Positions 19,030-29,098 of a stretch of DNA of 64,000 nucleotides are shown one piece after another; positions within the stretch are counted from its first letter, which is position 1, and every line of letters starts with the position of its first letter. The position numbers were made by a program, and so were the translations under genes. The stretch is taken from assembly GCA_030867685.1 (NCBI GenBank), contig JAQOWU010000008.1:620001-684000 (forward strand). Reading direction: 5' to 3'. The stretch is from Wickerhamiella versatilis. Lineage: Eukaryota. The notes under the pieces are model-generated. The model ran no database searches, was not told the origin of the DNA, and saw nothing but the letters and a program-made list of their open reading frames with translations.

Positions 19030-20181
19030 CTAAACGGTTAGCTTCTTTGGCTTCTCCCAGGTGTTTTCCTGGTCCGTGAAATGGCCGTAAGATGCTGTGT
19101 TAAAATATATGGGGCGAGCCAAATCAAGGGCACGGACAATAATACCTGGGCGAAGGTCGAAGTTCCTGCGGACTATGTTGACAAGTTCTGAGGAAGTGTA
19201 CTTTGATGTTCCGTATGTCTCAACGAAGATGGAGAGTGGTTCAGCCACACCAATTGCATACGAGAACTGTACAAGCGCACGCCGGGCCAGGCCGGAGTGC
19301 ACCAAGCTTTTAGCAACCCAACGAGCAGCATACGCCGCAGATCGGTCGACTTTCGAGAAGTCCTTACCACTGAATGCACCACCACCGTGAGCTCCCCATC
19401 CACCATAGGTGTCCACAATGATTTTACGTCCAGTAAGTCCTGCATCACCCTGAGGACCGCCAATCACAAAGCGTCCCGATGGTTGAATATGGTACTTTGT
19501 GGAATTATCAAGCAGTTCGGCAGGAATGACCTTGGGAATGATCTTGTCGCGAATCTCCGATCGAAGGTCCTCGGTAGTGATCTCCTCTGCATGTTGAGTA
19601 GATATCACAATTGTATCAACCCTAAGTGGGATAGTCGCACCGCCATCATTACGGTATTCTACTGTTACCTGAGTCTTGGTATCAGGGCGAAGCCAAGGAA
19701 GACTTCCGTCACGACGAGCATCAGCCAGTGCCTTGTTCAGCTTGTGACTGAGCACGACAGTGAGAGGCAATAGCTCAGGAGTCTCGTCTGTTGCATAGCC
19801 AAACATGATTCCCTGATCACCAGCTCCCAACTGATCCAAGGCCTTCTCGTAATGTAATCCTTGGGCTATATCAGGGCTCTGTTGTTCCACGGCTACCAAT
19901 ACGTTGCAAGTTTTGTAGTCGAATCCCTTTGCCGAATCATCATAGCCAATGTGTTTAATAGTATCACGAATAACTTTCTGATAGTCAACACGAGCACGGG
20001 TGGTAATCTCACCGAATACCATGATCATACCAGTTTTAGACGCAGTTTCACACGCGACTTTCGACAGAGGGTCCTCTGCAAGACAAGCATCCAGGATTGC
20101 ATCACTTACCTGGTCACAGATCTTATCTGGATGACCCTCTCCTACGGACTCACTGGTGAACAAGTATGTCTCTGCTGCCAT
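19030..20181 (-). CDS. SAM2: S-adenosylmethionine synthetase
   Basis: [32 protein letters not shown] at 20181. Confidence 0.98.
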   Translation of the reverse strand: MAAETYLFTSESVGEGHPDKICDQVSDAILDACLAEDPLSKVACETASKTGMIMVFGEITTRARVDYQKVIRDTIKHIGYDDSAKGFDYKTCNVLVAVEQQSPDIAQGLHYEKALDQLGAGDQGIMFGYATDETPELLPLTVVLSHKLNKALADARRDGSLPWLRPDTKTQVTVEYRNDGGATIPLRVDTIVISTQHAEEITTEDLRSEIRDKIIPKVIPAELLDNSTKYHIQPSGRFVIGGPQGDAGLTGRKIIVDTYGGWGAHGGGAFSGKDFSKVDRSAAYAARWVAKSLVHSGLARRALVQFSYAIGVAEPLSIFVETYGTSKYTSSELVNIVRRNFDLRPGIIVRALDLARPIYFNTASYGHFTDQENTWEKPKKLTV

Positions 20182-20247
20182 TACCAACGAAATACCTTTG
20201 GTATGTGATCAGTTGGAAGCTTTTAGCTGTTTATTATGTAAGTGGCA

Positions 20248-20270
20248 TCACGTGTAAATGCATCTTAGGG
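20248..20270. promoter_or_regulatory. Cbf1-type E-box TCACGTG plus TTAGGG (Tbf1-like) in the SAM synthetase promoter
   Basis: TCACGTG at 20248-20254 and TTAGGG at 20265-20270, 67-90 bp upstream of the ATG; Cbf1 E-boxes are typical of yeast sulfur/methionine genes. Confidence 0.55.
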
Positions 20271-20384
20271 CTGGGCGGGTTGGGGTATTTTGGAGATACA
20301 GACGTGAGAACGTTGAGGCCCAGTTGCGTGTAGGCTTTCTACTTCGTTAAAATCACTTATATATCAAGCTGAATCCTAAAAGCT

Positions 20385-23300
20385 CTAATTATCAAGGATA
20401 TAGTTTTTATCAAGAGGTCGGTATATGCGAACCACCCCCGATCGGAGGTCCCCAAGACGTAGTGTATCTTTCTTGCTATCAGCAAGGTGAAGTTTGCGTT
20501 TAGTACCATCCCAGGATTGAACTATTGCCGCAAAACTATCAATATGCTTGTGGTAACGTTGGAGTGGTGTCCTTGATCCCTGAAACTGCGCATCTTCACA
20601 CCACACAATGTCACCTGGCCGAATCTCATCTTTCTGGAAGAATGAGGCATTACCAAAATTCTCATAGATAACCTCACCAAATCTCAAACTAGCAACTGCT
20701 CCTTTGACTTGACGGAGCAAGTCAACAATTGACCCCGGTGTCGCTTGTGGCGGGCTGCGGTGGGCTCTTTCTAGTATTGCAGGGCCTATTCGATGAGACA
20801 CCTCCTTGAGCTTCGATGGATCCGGTACTGGAGGAGCGTGGTTCGTATTTTTGATAGAAGTAACATCATAAGTTGTCGTATTGAACTCAGCGGTCCATCG
20901 TGTCCAACTGAAGTCTTGGTGTATGACCGTGGCCACTCTTACCCCTGGCTTTAGATCTCTTACTTCATATAGGTCTCCTGAAGCTACATCAGGTGGAGCA
21001 ACAGCATCGAAGATCCATCGGTGCATCCCTACCTCAGGCGGTGGACTCTCGGAGTAGAATCTTTCTGGATCAACCACTGCTGGAGCCTCGCTGAAGTAGC
21101 TGGTCGACCGAGTAGCCACGTTCTCCAACCCTTCTCCTGATAACTCCGAGGTCCTATGAGCCTGCGCTGGATAGGCCGATGTAGGTGAATTCGGCTGCGG
21201 CGGTTGATCAGGAATCGCATAGGGATTATGCAAGGGGGGTACCGTCGAGTGTGGTACTGGAGGGGGGCCACGATGAGCATGAGGAGGAGCTGGAGGCGGA
21301 GGCGGGTTCCGTGGGGGTAGCGGAGCTTTCGGTATAGCACTGTATGGAGACGGCGAGGACGCAGTGGTACCCCTTTCAGCTGTAGCCTTCTCGCTGTTAA
21401 ATGAGCTATAACTTTCAAGTGGAGAAGTCGCTGCTGGTGGGGGTGGGGGTGCATGTGCTGGCTTGGCAGGTGATGCCATTGTTGATGTTGTCCCATCAGA
21501 AGCTGCCGCTGATGTTGATACTGCTAGTGGTGGGGGTGGAGGGCCAGAGGGAGGCGCTGGCGGCATTCTGTGAGATGTTTGAGCCATAGATGTTGCCCTA
21601 GGGGGTGCTGGCGTCGCTGGTACAGCTTTGGGTGGTGCTGGTGCTGGTGCTGCTGGCCGCGCTGCTGGTGATGCAGTAGGTGGCGCCGTAGGTGGCGCCG
21701 CTGGGGGTGCTGGTGGTGCAGCTGGCGCTCGTGCCGGTGCTGGTGGCGCCGTTGGTGGTGCTGGTGGTGCTGGTGGTGCTGGTGGCGCTCGTGCTGGTGC
21801 TGGTGCTGGTGGCGCCGCTGGTGGTGCTGGCGGGGCCGCTGGCGCTCGTGATGGGGCTGGCGGTGCCGCTGGTGCTGCTGGTGCTGCTGCCGCTGTTACC
21901 GGTACTGCTGTTGGTGTTGGCGGTATCGCTGCCGCTGCTGTTGCTGCTGCTGTTGGTGGTGCTGCTGTCTTTGGTGGTGCTGTTGTTTCCTTCGTCACTG
22001 CTGGTGCTGTTGTATCGGGTGAAGTTTGTACTGGTGGTGGTACCGCCCTAGGTGGAACAGGCACCGTATAAGACTTTCTTGATGGTGCTGATATGGGATC
22101 TGTGGTGGAACTACCTGCCCTTGACACCTCTGTAGGACTTTTCTGTGACAGACTTTGCTGACGTTCCACATTAGCACCCGCATGCCCTGTATCACCACTC
22201 AAGTTATCCACAGCTGCATGCGAAGAAGGACCAGAAGAAAAGCCGAATGAAGAATCACCCGAGGTTTGAGAAATATGCGGTTCAGGAACATTTGCAGGAG
22301 CCTCTGTAGAGATTTTCGGCGGGACAATTTGAGAAGGGGATACGCCACTAAATGATCCTTCATTCTCATCTGGACCTTGATCTATACCCATAGTGCCTCC
22401 AGCAGCACCAGCAAGGCCAGGAACCGTATTTTGCGCATATGAATTACCATGTTTCATGTCTTGAGCGGCGAACTTTTCCTCATCGGAACCATATTCAGAT
22501 ACACTCTTAAAGTCCTCGCTCTTATCGGATCCTTCTACATGGGGTTCATTTTCGAGTTCTTCCTTTGAATTTGATGCTACCTCTCGGTTTTCCTCCTCCA
22601 ATTGTGTCTCACCCTCCTCCTTAGGTGGCTGTAACCGTTTTAAGGTCTCGGGGTCCATGGGCATACCCATAAGGGACACCGGCTGTTGTTTTCCCAAATT
22701 TTCAGCGGCTTCCTCACGCTCTCTTTCAACTTGAGACATAGCAGCCTTTTCATGATGTTTGCTGCTTTTGCGCCCTCCTAGACTTAACCCACCCATTCCC
22801 ATAGCTAACGCCAAGTTAGGACCGCCACCTGCAAGACGCGCCATGCGTTCCCTGAGTTCATACCTACGAGCTTCTTCTTCGCTATCCTCGTCCTCTTCTG
22901 CTACTTCTTCAGTTGCGCCTACAGGGTGGCTATCACCTATAGTGTCCGAAGATTTGTCTGGTAATGTTCGTTCAGCTGGAGGAACCAAAGGAGTATTCTC
23001 CATCGAAACTTTGGGAACTGGAGGGGGAGATGATACTTGCACTTGTTCTGCCGCATCCTCAAAATTGTCTGAATGTTGCACAGGAGAACTAGACGATATA
23101 GTAGTAGCATCTGCGACAGGAGTTTCTTTGTTCTTGGATTCTTCCTCTTGTTCTAACGCTTTCTGGGATGCTATGGCCTCTTTTTGAGCTCGTGCTTCTC
23201 TTGCCAATTCATGGCGCCGGTGCAATTTCTCTTCTGCAGATTCCGTTTCATTCTGATCCACACTCTGTTGCTTTTGCAGCATCGCAATTCGTTCCTTCAA

Positions 23301-23987
23301 TGACATTGGCTTTTCTTCACCCTCTCCAACAGAGATCCATTCCTTTGTAGTGTTATGTTGGGGACGCGGTGCAGGAGCTTCACCCTTTTCAAACATGGCC
23401 ATACGAGATCTAAAATCCGCGACTCCTTGGCTATCAGGTTTCTCTTCACTTTTCTCTGCAGTAGTCTCCAAGGGTTTCTTCTCCACTTTGTCTTCTTGTG
23501 TCGCATGTCTGGCAACATTGGAGGGGGGTGTTGAGTTACTAGAATTGTCGAGTGCAATGGAAGAACTACCGAGACCACGCGTACCAGCACTAGAATCTTC
23601 GCTTTGCTCATTCTTATAAACACCAGTTGGTTCTACCGCCGTTCCAGTGCTCTCCTCACCTCCCTCATCAGCAGGGTCTTCGTCCCAGTCTTCTGCTTCC
23701 TTAGGTACGGTTGACACAGATAAGCTTGGCTCTGGCGGTATCCGGTCCTCAGATACACTGGGAACTGATTGATTTTCAAATTCATTCGAGGTGTCCTTCA
23801 CGTCTGTGACTTGCTCCACATAATTAATCGGAAAAATACCTTGTAGTATCTGACCATCGCCACTCGAATAGTAGCCCTCATACCATTCATCATCCAGCTG
23901 CTCACTCACAGTGATAATTTGTCCCTTTTGGAACGGTAAGTCATCGTCTTGCTCTGGTTGATACGCGTACAACGAGCGCACCCGCAT
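20385..23987 (-). CDS. BBC1: SH3-domain, proline-rich myosin-tail-interacting actin patch protein
   Basis: N-terminal SH3 (SLYAY...DDLPF...DEWYEG...GIFPINYV), MSLKERIAMLQ, LRERMARL, Pro/Ala-rich tract, C-terminal DEIRPGDI...LRSGVVRIYR domain. Confidence 0.88.
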   Translation of the reverse strand: MRVRSLYAYQPEQDDDLPFQKGQIITVSEQLDDEWYEGYYSSGDGQILQGIFPINYVEQVTDVKDTSNEFENQSVPSVSEDRIPPEPSLSVSTVPKEAEDWDEDPADEGGEESTGTAVEPTGVYKNEQSEDSSAGTRGLGSSSIALDNSSNSTPPSNVARHATQEDKVEKKPLETTAEKSEEKPDSQGVADFRSRMAMFEKGEAPAPRPQHNTTKEWISVGEGEEKPMSLKERIAMLQKQQSVDQNETESAEEKLHRRHELAREARAQKEAIASQKALEQEEESKNKETPVADATTISSSSPVQHSDNFEDAAEQVQVSSPPPVPKVSMENTPLVPPAERTLPDKSSDTIGDSHPVGATEEVAEEDEDSEEEARRYELRERMARLAGGGPNLALAMGMGGLSLGGRKSSKHHEKAAMSQVEREREEAAENLGKQQPVSLMGMPMDPETLKRLQPPKEEGETQLEEENREVASNSKEELENEPHVEGSDKSEDFKSVSEYGSDEEKFAAQDMKHGNSYAQNTVPGLAGAAGGTMGIDQGPDENEGSFSGVSPSQIVPPKISTEAPANVPEPHISQTSGDSSFGFSSGPSSHAAVDNLSGDTGHAGANVERQQSLSQKSPTEVSRAGSSTTDPISAPSRKSYTVPVPPRAVPPPVQTSPDTTAPAVTKETTAPPKTAAPPTAAATAAAAIPPTPTAVPVTAAAAPAAPAAPPAPSRAPAAPPAPPAAPPAPAPARAPPAPPAPPAPPTAPPAPARAPAAPPAPPAAPPTAPPTASPAARPAAPAPAPPKAVPATPAPPRATSMAQTSHRMPPAPPSGPPPPPLAVSTSAAASDGTTSTMASPAKPAHAPPPPPAATSPLESYSSFNSEKATAERGTTASSPSPYSAIPKAPLPPRNPPPPPAPPHAHRGPPPVPHSTVPPLHNPYAIPDQPPQPNSPTSAYPAQAHRTSELSGEGLENVATRSTSYFSEAPAVVDPERFYSESPPPEVGMHRWIFDAVAPPDVASGDLYEVRDLKPGVRVATVIHQDFSWTRWTAEFNTTTYDVTSIKNTNHAPPVPDPSKLKEVSHRIGPAILERAHRSPPQATPGSIVDLLRQVKGAVASLRFGEVIYENFGNASFFQKDEIRPGDIVWCEDAQFQGSRTPLQRYHKHIDSFAAIVQSWDGTKRKLHLADSKKDTLRLGDLRSGVVRIYRPLDKNYILDN

Positions 23988-24473
23988 CTTAGCAAGTGTG
24001 GAGGTGTGTATGTCAGCCACACCCGTGACTCCAGAAAGTGATAACTGGTTGAACAGCGGACTTTAAACTGCTTATGATATCTTGAGAATGTTTGTGTAGG
24101 CACTAAAATTGAGTCATTGATTCATATAGAAAGAGTAATTGTGTGTGGCTGCATGTGTTAGCATTATGGTCTCGTATGGATTGTAGGCCATTGTAGATGT
24201 ACACCAGCCTTAAAAATTACGTTTTATTATCCGGTTTTTTGTTTCATAACATATTTTATCATGGTTTGATGAAATTGGAGGAGAGGTAATTCACAAGTGA
24301 TTTTGTTTTACGAAGCATAAGTCCTAATTAGCAATTACAATTTCTGCAATTCAAATGACGGATACCTTCTACTAATCAGACTAGGTGAATAGAGAAATTA
24401 CCATCGATTAGGGCAAATTAGAAGTGGGCTGTCATTTTCAATAGTCGTTACATACGTAAATTATTTGGAATAA

Positions 24474-27400
24474 CTAAGTCGCTTCATAGCTAAATACGTT
24501 TTCAGATTTTGAAGAATAGAGAATCATGTGTTGTGATCGAAGTGCCTCATTTGCAAGACGGGGTTGAACAGTACCAAGAATATATCCCTTTTGACTCGGA
24601 GATTGACCTACCACGCGGCGTTTCCAGTCATCAACAGATCCTGGAGATACAGCACAAATTGCTGCAATTACGTCGTCTCGAAGATCCAAAGAAATCAGAG
24701 GAGCATTGGATAAATCACTAAGGAATCTCGAGGCAGCCTGGTGGCATCTATCTTCAAGTAACCACCTATTTTTTTTACCACCTTTCATCTTCCCTGACTC
24801 AGAGAGGATAATAATCCTATGTTCAGATCCTGCTTCATCATTGGAATTGGCTGGTTCTGTCGAGGATTGCAGCTGCGTGGCTATTGTTGAAGAACCGGTC
24901 GCAGCTATGGACAATGGCGCAGAGGAAGCGTTACGACGACCATACTCAGCTACTACAAATGATACAAGCTCGCTTGCCGTCATATCCGCGTCAATTTTGG
25001 AGATGATATCACGCACTTTAAGAGGCTTGAATGTCTTCGGGGCAAAAGCATGTATTTGCTTGACCACAACAACTATAGGGACATTTTGTGTAGAAGCAAT
25101 TCTTATCAACTCTTCTGAAGAAGAAGTTCTTCTCACCACGTCAGCTGATATACCATTTGCCCATAAAATACGAAGTAGCTCAGCACAAGCCGAGGTCAAA
25201 TTTGACTCATGAAATGTTGTAATTAATACTTGACAACGTCCCGAAACCTCCATGTCAAACGGTTTTACGTGCATAGTGAAGCCAACAGCCTTGGCTATCG
25301 CTGTCTTACGATCTAGAACGGAGTGTCTCAATCGTGTAATTAGAGAATCATAGCGTCCTCCCCATGCATATTCGTTTCCACCTTCATCTTCAAGCAAGAA
25401 AGAAATTCCGCAATCAAACTCGGGATTGTAACATAGTGGATCCACGAAAAAAACTCGCGGACCAGCAAGCTTTTTCACTAAAGCTAGAACGTCTTTCAGG
25501 TGGTTCAACGCAAATGTTACCTTTTCATCATCACCGAGCAATTCGAGAAGCCGCCTGGGCTCATCCATGTTTTCTCTGAATCGGAACTGCTGTAAAATAT
25601 AGTCATTTTTTTCTTGGAAATAGCGAGTGACTGATAAGCCCAAATAATTCAACACGCTCAAGAATATAGACGAATGATTTACTATTACCTTCGAATTCTG
25701 AGGGGCAGCTTCACAAAGAACTGATAGAGCTTCAGCGTCTTCCAGTAAGGGTTGTGAACTAGTAGATATCACGTCAAACGCCGCTGCGAGCCTAACTTCT
25801 GGATAATGTCCACGATTTTCATCCGATGAGCTGAAGACAGGGCTAAAAGAGAAGGTCTTAGGGTATTCTGGAATATGCTCTGCGAGGCGTCTGGCATGCG
25901 GTAACGTTAAATCATGGGGAAGTTGCAAAATATTGCCTTTTGGATCCAGAAGCTCTACAATGTTATCTGTTCCCTGCAAGGTTGAACGTGGGAAAATACG
26001 GCTTCTCGACAAGTTATTCTCCACAGACCCATGTCGAGAAAATATATCACGTAAATGTGCCACTGCTTGCGATAACCTGAGTGCTTCTTCTATAGTGGGA
26101 GGCGGACCAACATTTCGATCATAGAGGACCTGCTGTGCCGGTGCCTCCGGTGGATTTGCAAACAATGCCCGTGCTATATTTGCAGCTGCCTCTGTATTAT
26201 TTCTGAGGGCCTCTCTTATGGTAAGACTACCGCCATCGCCAACAGGTATACGTCCAGAATCCAGCAGCTGTCGGGCAGATGGTCTGTCAACAGGGTTCTT
26301 CTGAAGCAAATCGGCCACGAGGGAATATTGCTGGCTGTATTTCTTTGCTAAAAATGAGGGTGGAAATTTTCCCATGCGTATATTGCGTATTGTTTTAACT
26401 CGCTCCATCACTGTGTCCATGCCATATACCATCTCGAAAAAAATTACACCCAGGGAGTACATATCTGCTTTTGCATTGTAGGGCAGTCCCTCTTCTATTT
26501 CAATCGCCACATATAGCGAAGTGCCAACATCACTGGTGAGCGGTTCCTCTGCCGTGTTGGTTTCTGACGAGGCCTCAGGCCGTGTTGGTAGAGACTGAAT
26601 AACACTGCGGGCTAGACCAAAGTCACCAATCTTTACATTTCTATTCTCATCAATAAAGATGTTTTTGGGCTTAAGATCACGGTGAATTATCGATTCATCA
26701 TGAATGTAAGCCAATGCTTCCAATATTTGGCGCAGTAGACGCCAATACTCGTCCTGATTTTTGTAGAGACCAGAGCTTATCAGATCACCGAGCGTATGAT
26801 TTTCGCAATACTCCATTTGGATATAAAGAGTTGAGTCACAAGTTTCGTCAAGAGATTCAGCAGAGTAGTAGGATGCAAAAGATGCCTCAACCGATGGAGG
26901 TGCAGTATCTTCTACATTATATTCAAGCCAGACGGTATAATAACGCACCACATATTTATGATTGAGACGTGACAATAGTACCACTTCTTGCAGAATATGT
27001 GATAAAGTTTTCTGATTTGCCCGTACTTTCTTAACTGCGTAAACACGCCCATCAAGCTTATTACGAGCCTTTACAACTTGTCCGAAACCGCCATGTCCAA
27101 GTGTGACAATCTCATCGAAGTCTTGTGCATATCTCGACAATTGCCCATGCTGCTGGCCATTGATGATGACCTCTCGGGAAGATTCTCCAAGTAGAAAGTC
27201 CTCATTATCTCGCAAAAATTGAGCAGTCAGAAGATCTAAGGCACTTGGACGCTTTGATGGGTCGGAAAGGAAAATCGCACATAGAAAGGACTTTAATGAT
27301 TCCGGCCATCTCCGAGACTTGACAAAAGTTAGAGGATCACCTCCAAGCATGCCTCCTCCAAGAATCTGAACTACAAGAATACCGAACTGCCAAATATCTG

Positions 27401-28595
27401 CTTTGGAAGTAATTTCCTTCCTCGAGTTAAGCCTCTTATCTTGCAAAAGATCACAAACGGTTTGAAAATATCCAGGATGTTTTAAAACTACAGATGTCTC
27501 ATCAGTTTCTTTGCGATGGGATATTGCCACAGTATCTGGTGAAAGAAAGCGGTGCCTAAGCCCATTTTTGTGAAGTGCTTCTAAACCCTCCAGAATTTGT
27601 ATACACCATGAGCGGCATACCGCAAGTCCCACACCTCCTACTGCATTGAGTACATCCGAAAGGCTTGTAGGCATATATGGCGAGAGCAAAAGCAGTTCGC
27701 AGCCAACAGAGAGCTTATCTATTTGAAATGCAACCAGAGGCAATACAGATGGATGGTGTAATCGATTTACGGCACTCAGTTCTGCTACCAAGCTATGAAG
27801 GCGGCGCTGCCCTTGACGCGTATCCCAGTGTGGATCATCTAGTGCAACGCGAGTAAGTACCAATGGGTCACTTTCCAGATTTTCAACAACCGGCTGGACA
27901 AGGAAGCTTCTACCAAACATGAAAGTGGTGATCTCTACCGATCCTGCTACTTGCTGGAACCGATATCCGTTGTAAGATACTGGGCGATGTAATGTGACAA
28001 GATTCTCCACATCAGGAGCCCGAAGGGTAACCTCATTTCCCTGTGGCTCCTCCTCCAACCTTTCAGCCTCGAGCTGCTCTAATACCTGATTTTCCAACAT
28101 TTTACTGCGGTTTTCAGCTTCAATTCTTTCAAAATATCGGCGTTTGGCAATTTCCTTAGCATCATGCTCCTCTTTTTCCTTAAGCCGTCTTATTCGATCC
28201 TCCTCAAGGCTCGGTTGTGTAGACTGATACGCGTATGCATCTAACAGCTGCTGGCAATTGGAAGCAACCTCAAAAATCATTTCATCGCCTTTTAGGCTCG
28301 TAGAGGTATCCGCGATGCACTTCCTCAGGTTTTCAACCTGCTTCGAGTGTAATGCATTCGTCTTTACAACCTGGATTTGAGGTAGAGTCTGAGGATAGTT
28401 AGCAGGAAATAGGATTTCAAGAACAAGCAATATATCGTGATCCTGAAATTCGCTGCTCGGCCTGAGCCGGATCTGGAAACGATGCAGACGCCTGCTCCAT
28501 ATAACTGGTCCTTCAAGACGAATAAAATCGGTGCCATATATAGCCTGCAGCGCTTCAAGCTCATTGCCTTGACGGTCGGCGCACTCGGCCTCCAT
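24474..28595 (-). CDS. GCN2: eIF2-alpha kinase (RWD, pseudokinase, kinase, HisRS-like, C-terminal domains)
   Basis: ELEALQAIYG and YPQTLP (RWD); SRYAQDF, LGHGGFGQV, LYIQMEYC, HRDLKP, DFG; GGRYD in the HisRS-like region. Confidence 0.96.
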   Translation of the reverse strand: MEAECADRQGNELEALQAIYGTDFIRLEGPVIWSRRLHRFQIRLRPSSEFQDHDILLVLEILFPANYPQTLPQIQVVKTNALHSKQVENLRKCIADTSTSLKGDEMIFEVASNCQQLLDAYAYQSTQPSLEEDRIRRLKEKEEHDAKEIAKRRYFERIEAENRSKMLENQVLEQLEAERLEEEPQGNEVTLRAPDVENLVTLHRPVSYNGYRFQQVAGSVEITTFMFGRSFLVQPVVENLESDPLVLTRVALDDPHWDTRQGQRRLHSLVAELSAVNRLHHPSVLPLVAFQIDKLSVGCELLLLSPYMPTSLSDVLNAVGGVGLAVCRSWCIQILEGLEALHKNGLRHRFLSPDTVAISHRKETDETSVVLKHPGYFQTVCDLLQDKRLNSRKEITSKADIWQFGILVVQILGGGMLGGDPLTFVKSRRWPESLKSFLCAIFLSDPSKRPSALDLLTAQFLRDNEDFLLGESSREVIINGQQHGQLSRYAQDFDEIVTLGHGGFGQVVKARNKLDGRVYAVKKVRANQKTLSHILQEVVLLSRLNHKYVVRYYTVWLEYNVEDTAPPSVEASFASYYSAESLDETCDSTLYIQMEYCENHTLGDLISSGLYKNQDEYWRLLRQILEALAYIHDESIIHRDLKPKNIFIDENRNVKIGDFGLARSVIQSLPTRPEASSETNTAEEPLTSDVGTSLYVAIEIEEGLPYNAKADMYSLGVIFFEMVYGMDTVMERVKTIRNIRMGKFPPSFLAKKYSQQYSLVADLLQKNPVDRPSARQLLDSGRIPVGDGGSLTIREALRNNTEAAANIARALFANPPEAPAQQVLYDRNVGPPPTIEEALRLSQAVAHLRDIFSRHGSVENNLSRSRIFPRSTLQGTDNIVELLDPKGNILQLPHDLTLPHARRLAEHIPEYPKTFSFSPVFSSSDENRGHYPEVRLAAAFDVISTSSQPLLEDAEALSVLCEAAPQNSKVIVNHSSIFLSVLNYLGLSVTRYFQEKNDYILQQFRFRENMDEPRRLLELLGDDEKVTFALNHLKDVLALVKKLAGPRVFFVDPLCYNPEFDCGISFLLEDEGGNEYAWGGRYDSLITRLRHSVLDRKTAIAKAVGFTMHVKPFDMEVSGRCQVLITTFHESNLTSACAELLRILWANGISADVVRRTSSSEELIRIASTQNVPIVVVVKQIHAFAPKTFKPLKVRDIISKIDADMTASELVSFVVAEYGRRNASSAPLSIAATGSSTIATQLQSSTEPANSNDEAGSEHRIIILSESGKMKGGKKNRWLLEDRCHQAASRFLSDLSNAPLISLDLRDDVIAAICAVSPGSVDDWKRRVVGQSPSQKGYILGTVQPRLANEALRSQHMILYSSKSENVFSYEAT

Positions 28596-28728
28596 AGCAC
28601 TGACGACGCACTTCGTGGACCGCTGCTTACGCGACTAGTTGATCTGCTGAATCGTACTGTTTTGTTCTAGAATGCTGGTGTCTATTTACAACAATATTTC
28701 TTTTATAACGTTAAATTGCAATCAATTG

Positions 28729-29025
28729 TTAATTTTTATTTTCGCCGCTGGACTGGGTGATAGCCTCGATCAAATCATTTGCGGTTATACGATGCATAAA
28801 AACCCTTTCTCGATCCATATCATCCCGTGACTTGATTACCGGTACATCAAATGCATAGAGGTCGTGGTATTTCTTGTATTGCGGGAGAGTAATGTCAACC
28901 GTATGATAGTCAAATGAAATGACCTTTCGAGACTTTTCTATCTCCTGGGAGGCAGATAAGCACAGACCACAATGCGGCCGCGTATATAAGGTAACCGAGC
29001 GCCAAAAACTACTGGTGGGCCTCAT
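28729..29025 (-). CDS. Glutaredoxin-like protein (DUF836, YDR286C-like)
   Basis: TLYTRPHCGLC, YAFDVPVI, MHRI; lies near GCN2, as YDR286C does in S. cerevisiae. Confidence 0.82.
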   Translation of the reverse strand: MRPTSSFWRSVTLYTRPHCGLCLSASQEIEKSRKVISFDYHTVDITLPQYKKYHDLYAFDVPVIKSRDDMDRERVFMHRITANDLIEAITQSSGENKN

Positions 29026-29098
29026 TTGTTGCTTGTGGTGAGATAGAGATAGCTACTCAAGAGATGCAATGTGATTATTAATATATTTACTATGCTAG

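Noticed and set aside
21628-22071. Gly/Ala-rich and Val/Leu-rich plus-strand ORFs
   Set aside because: Antisense shadows of the BBC1 Pro/Ala low-complexity tract.
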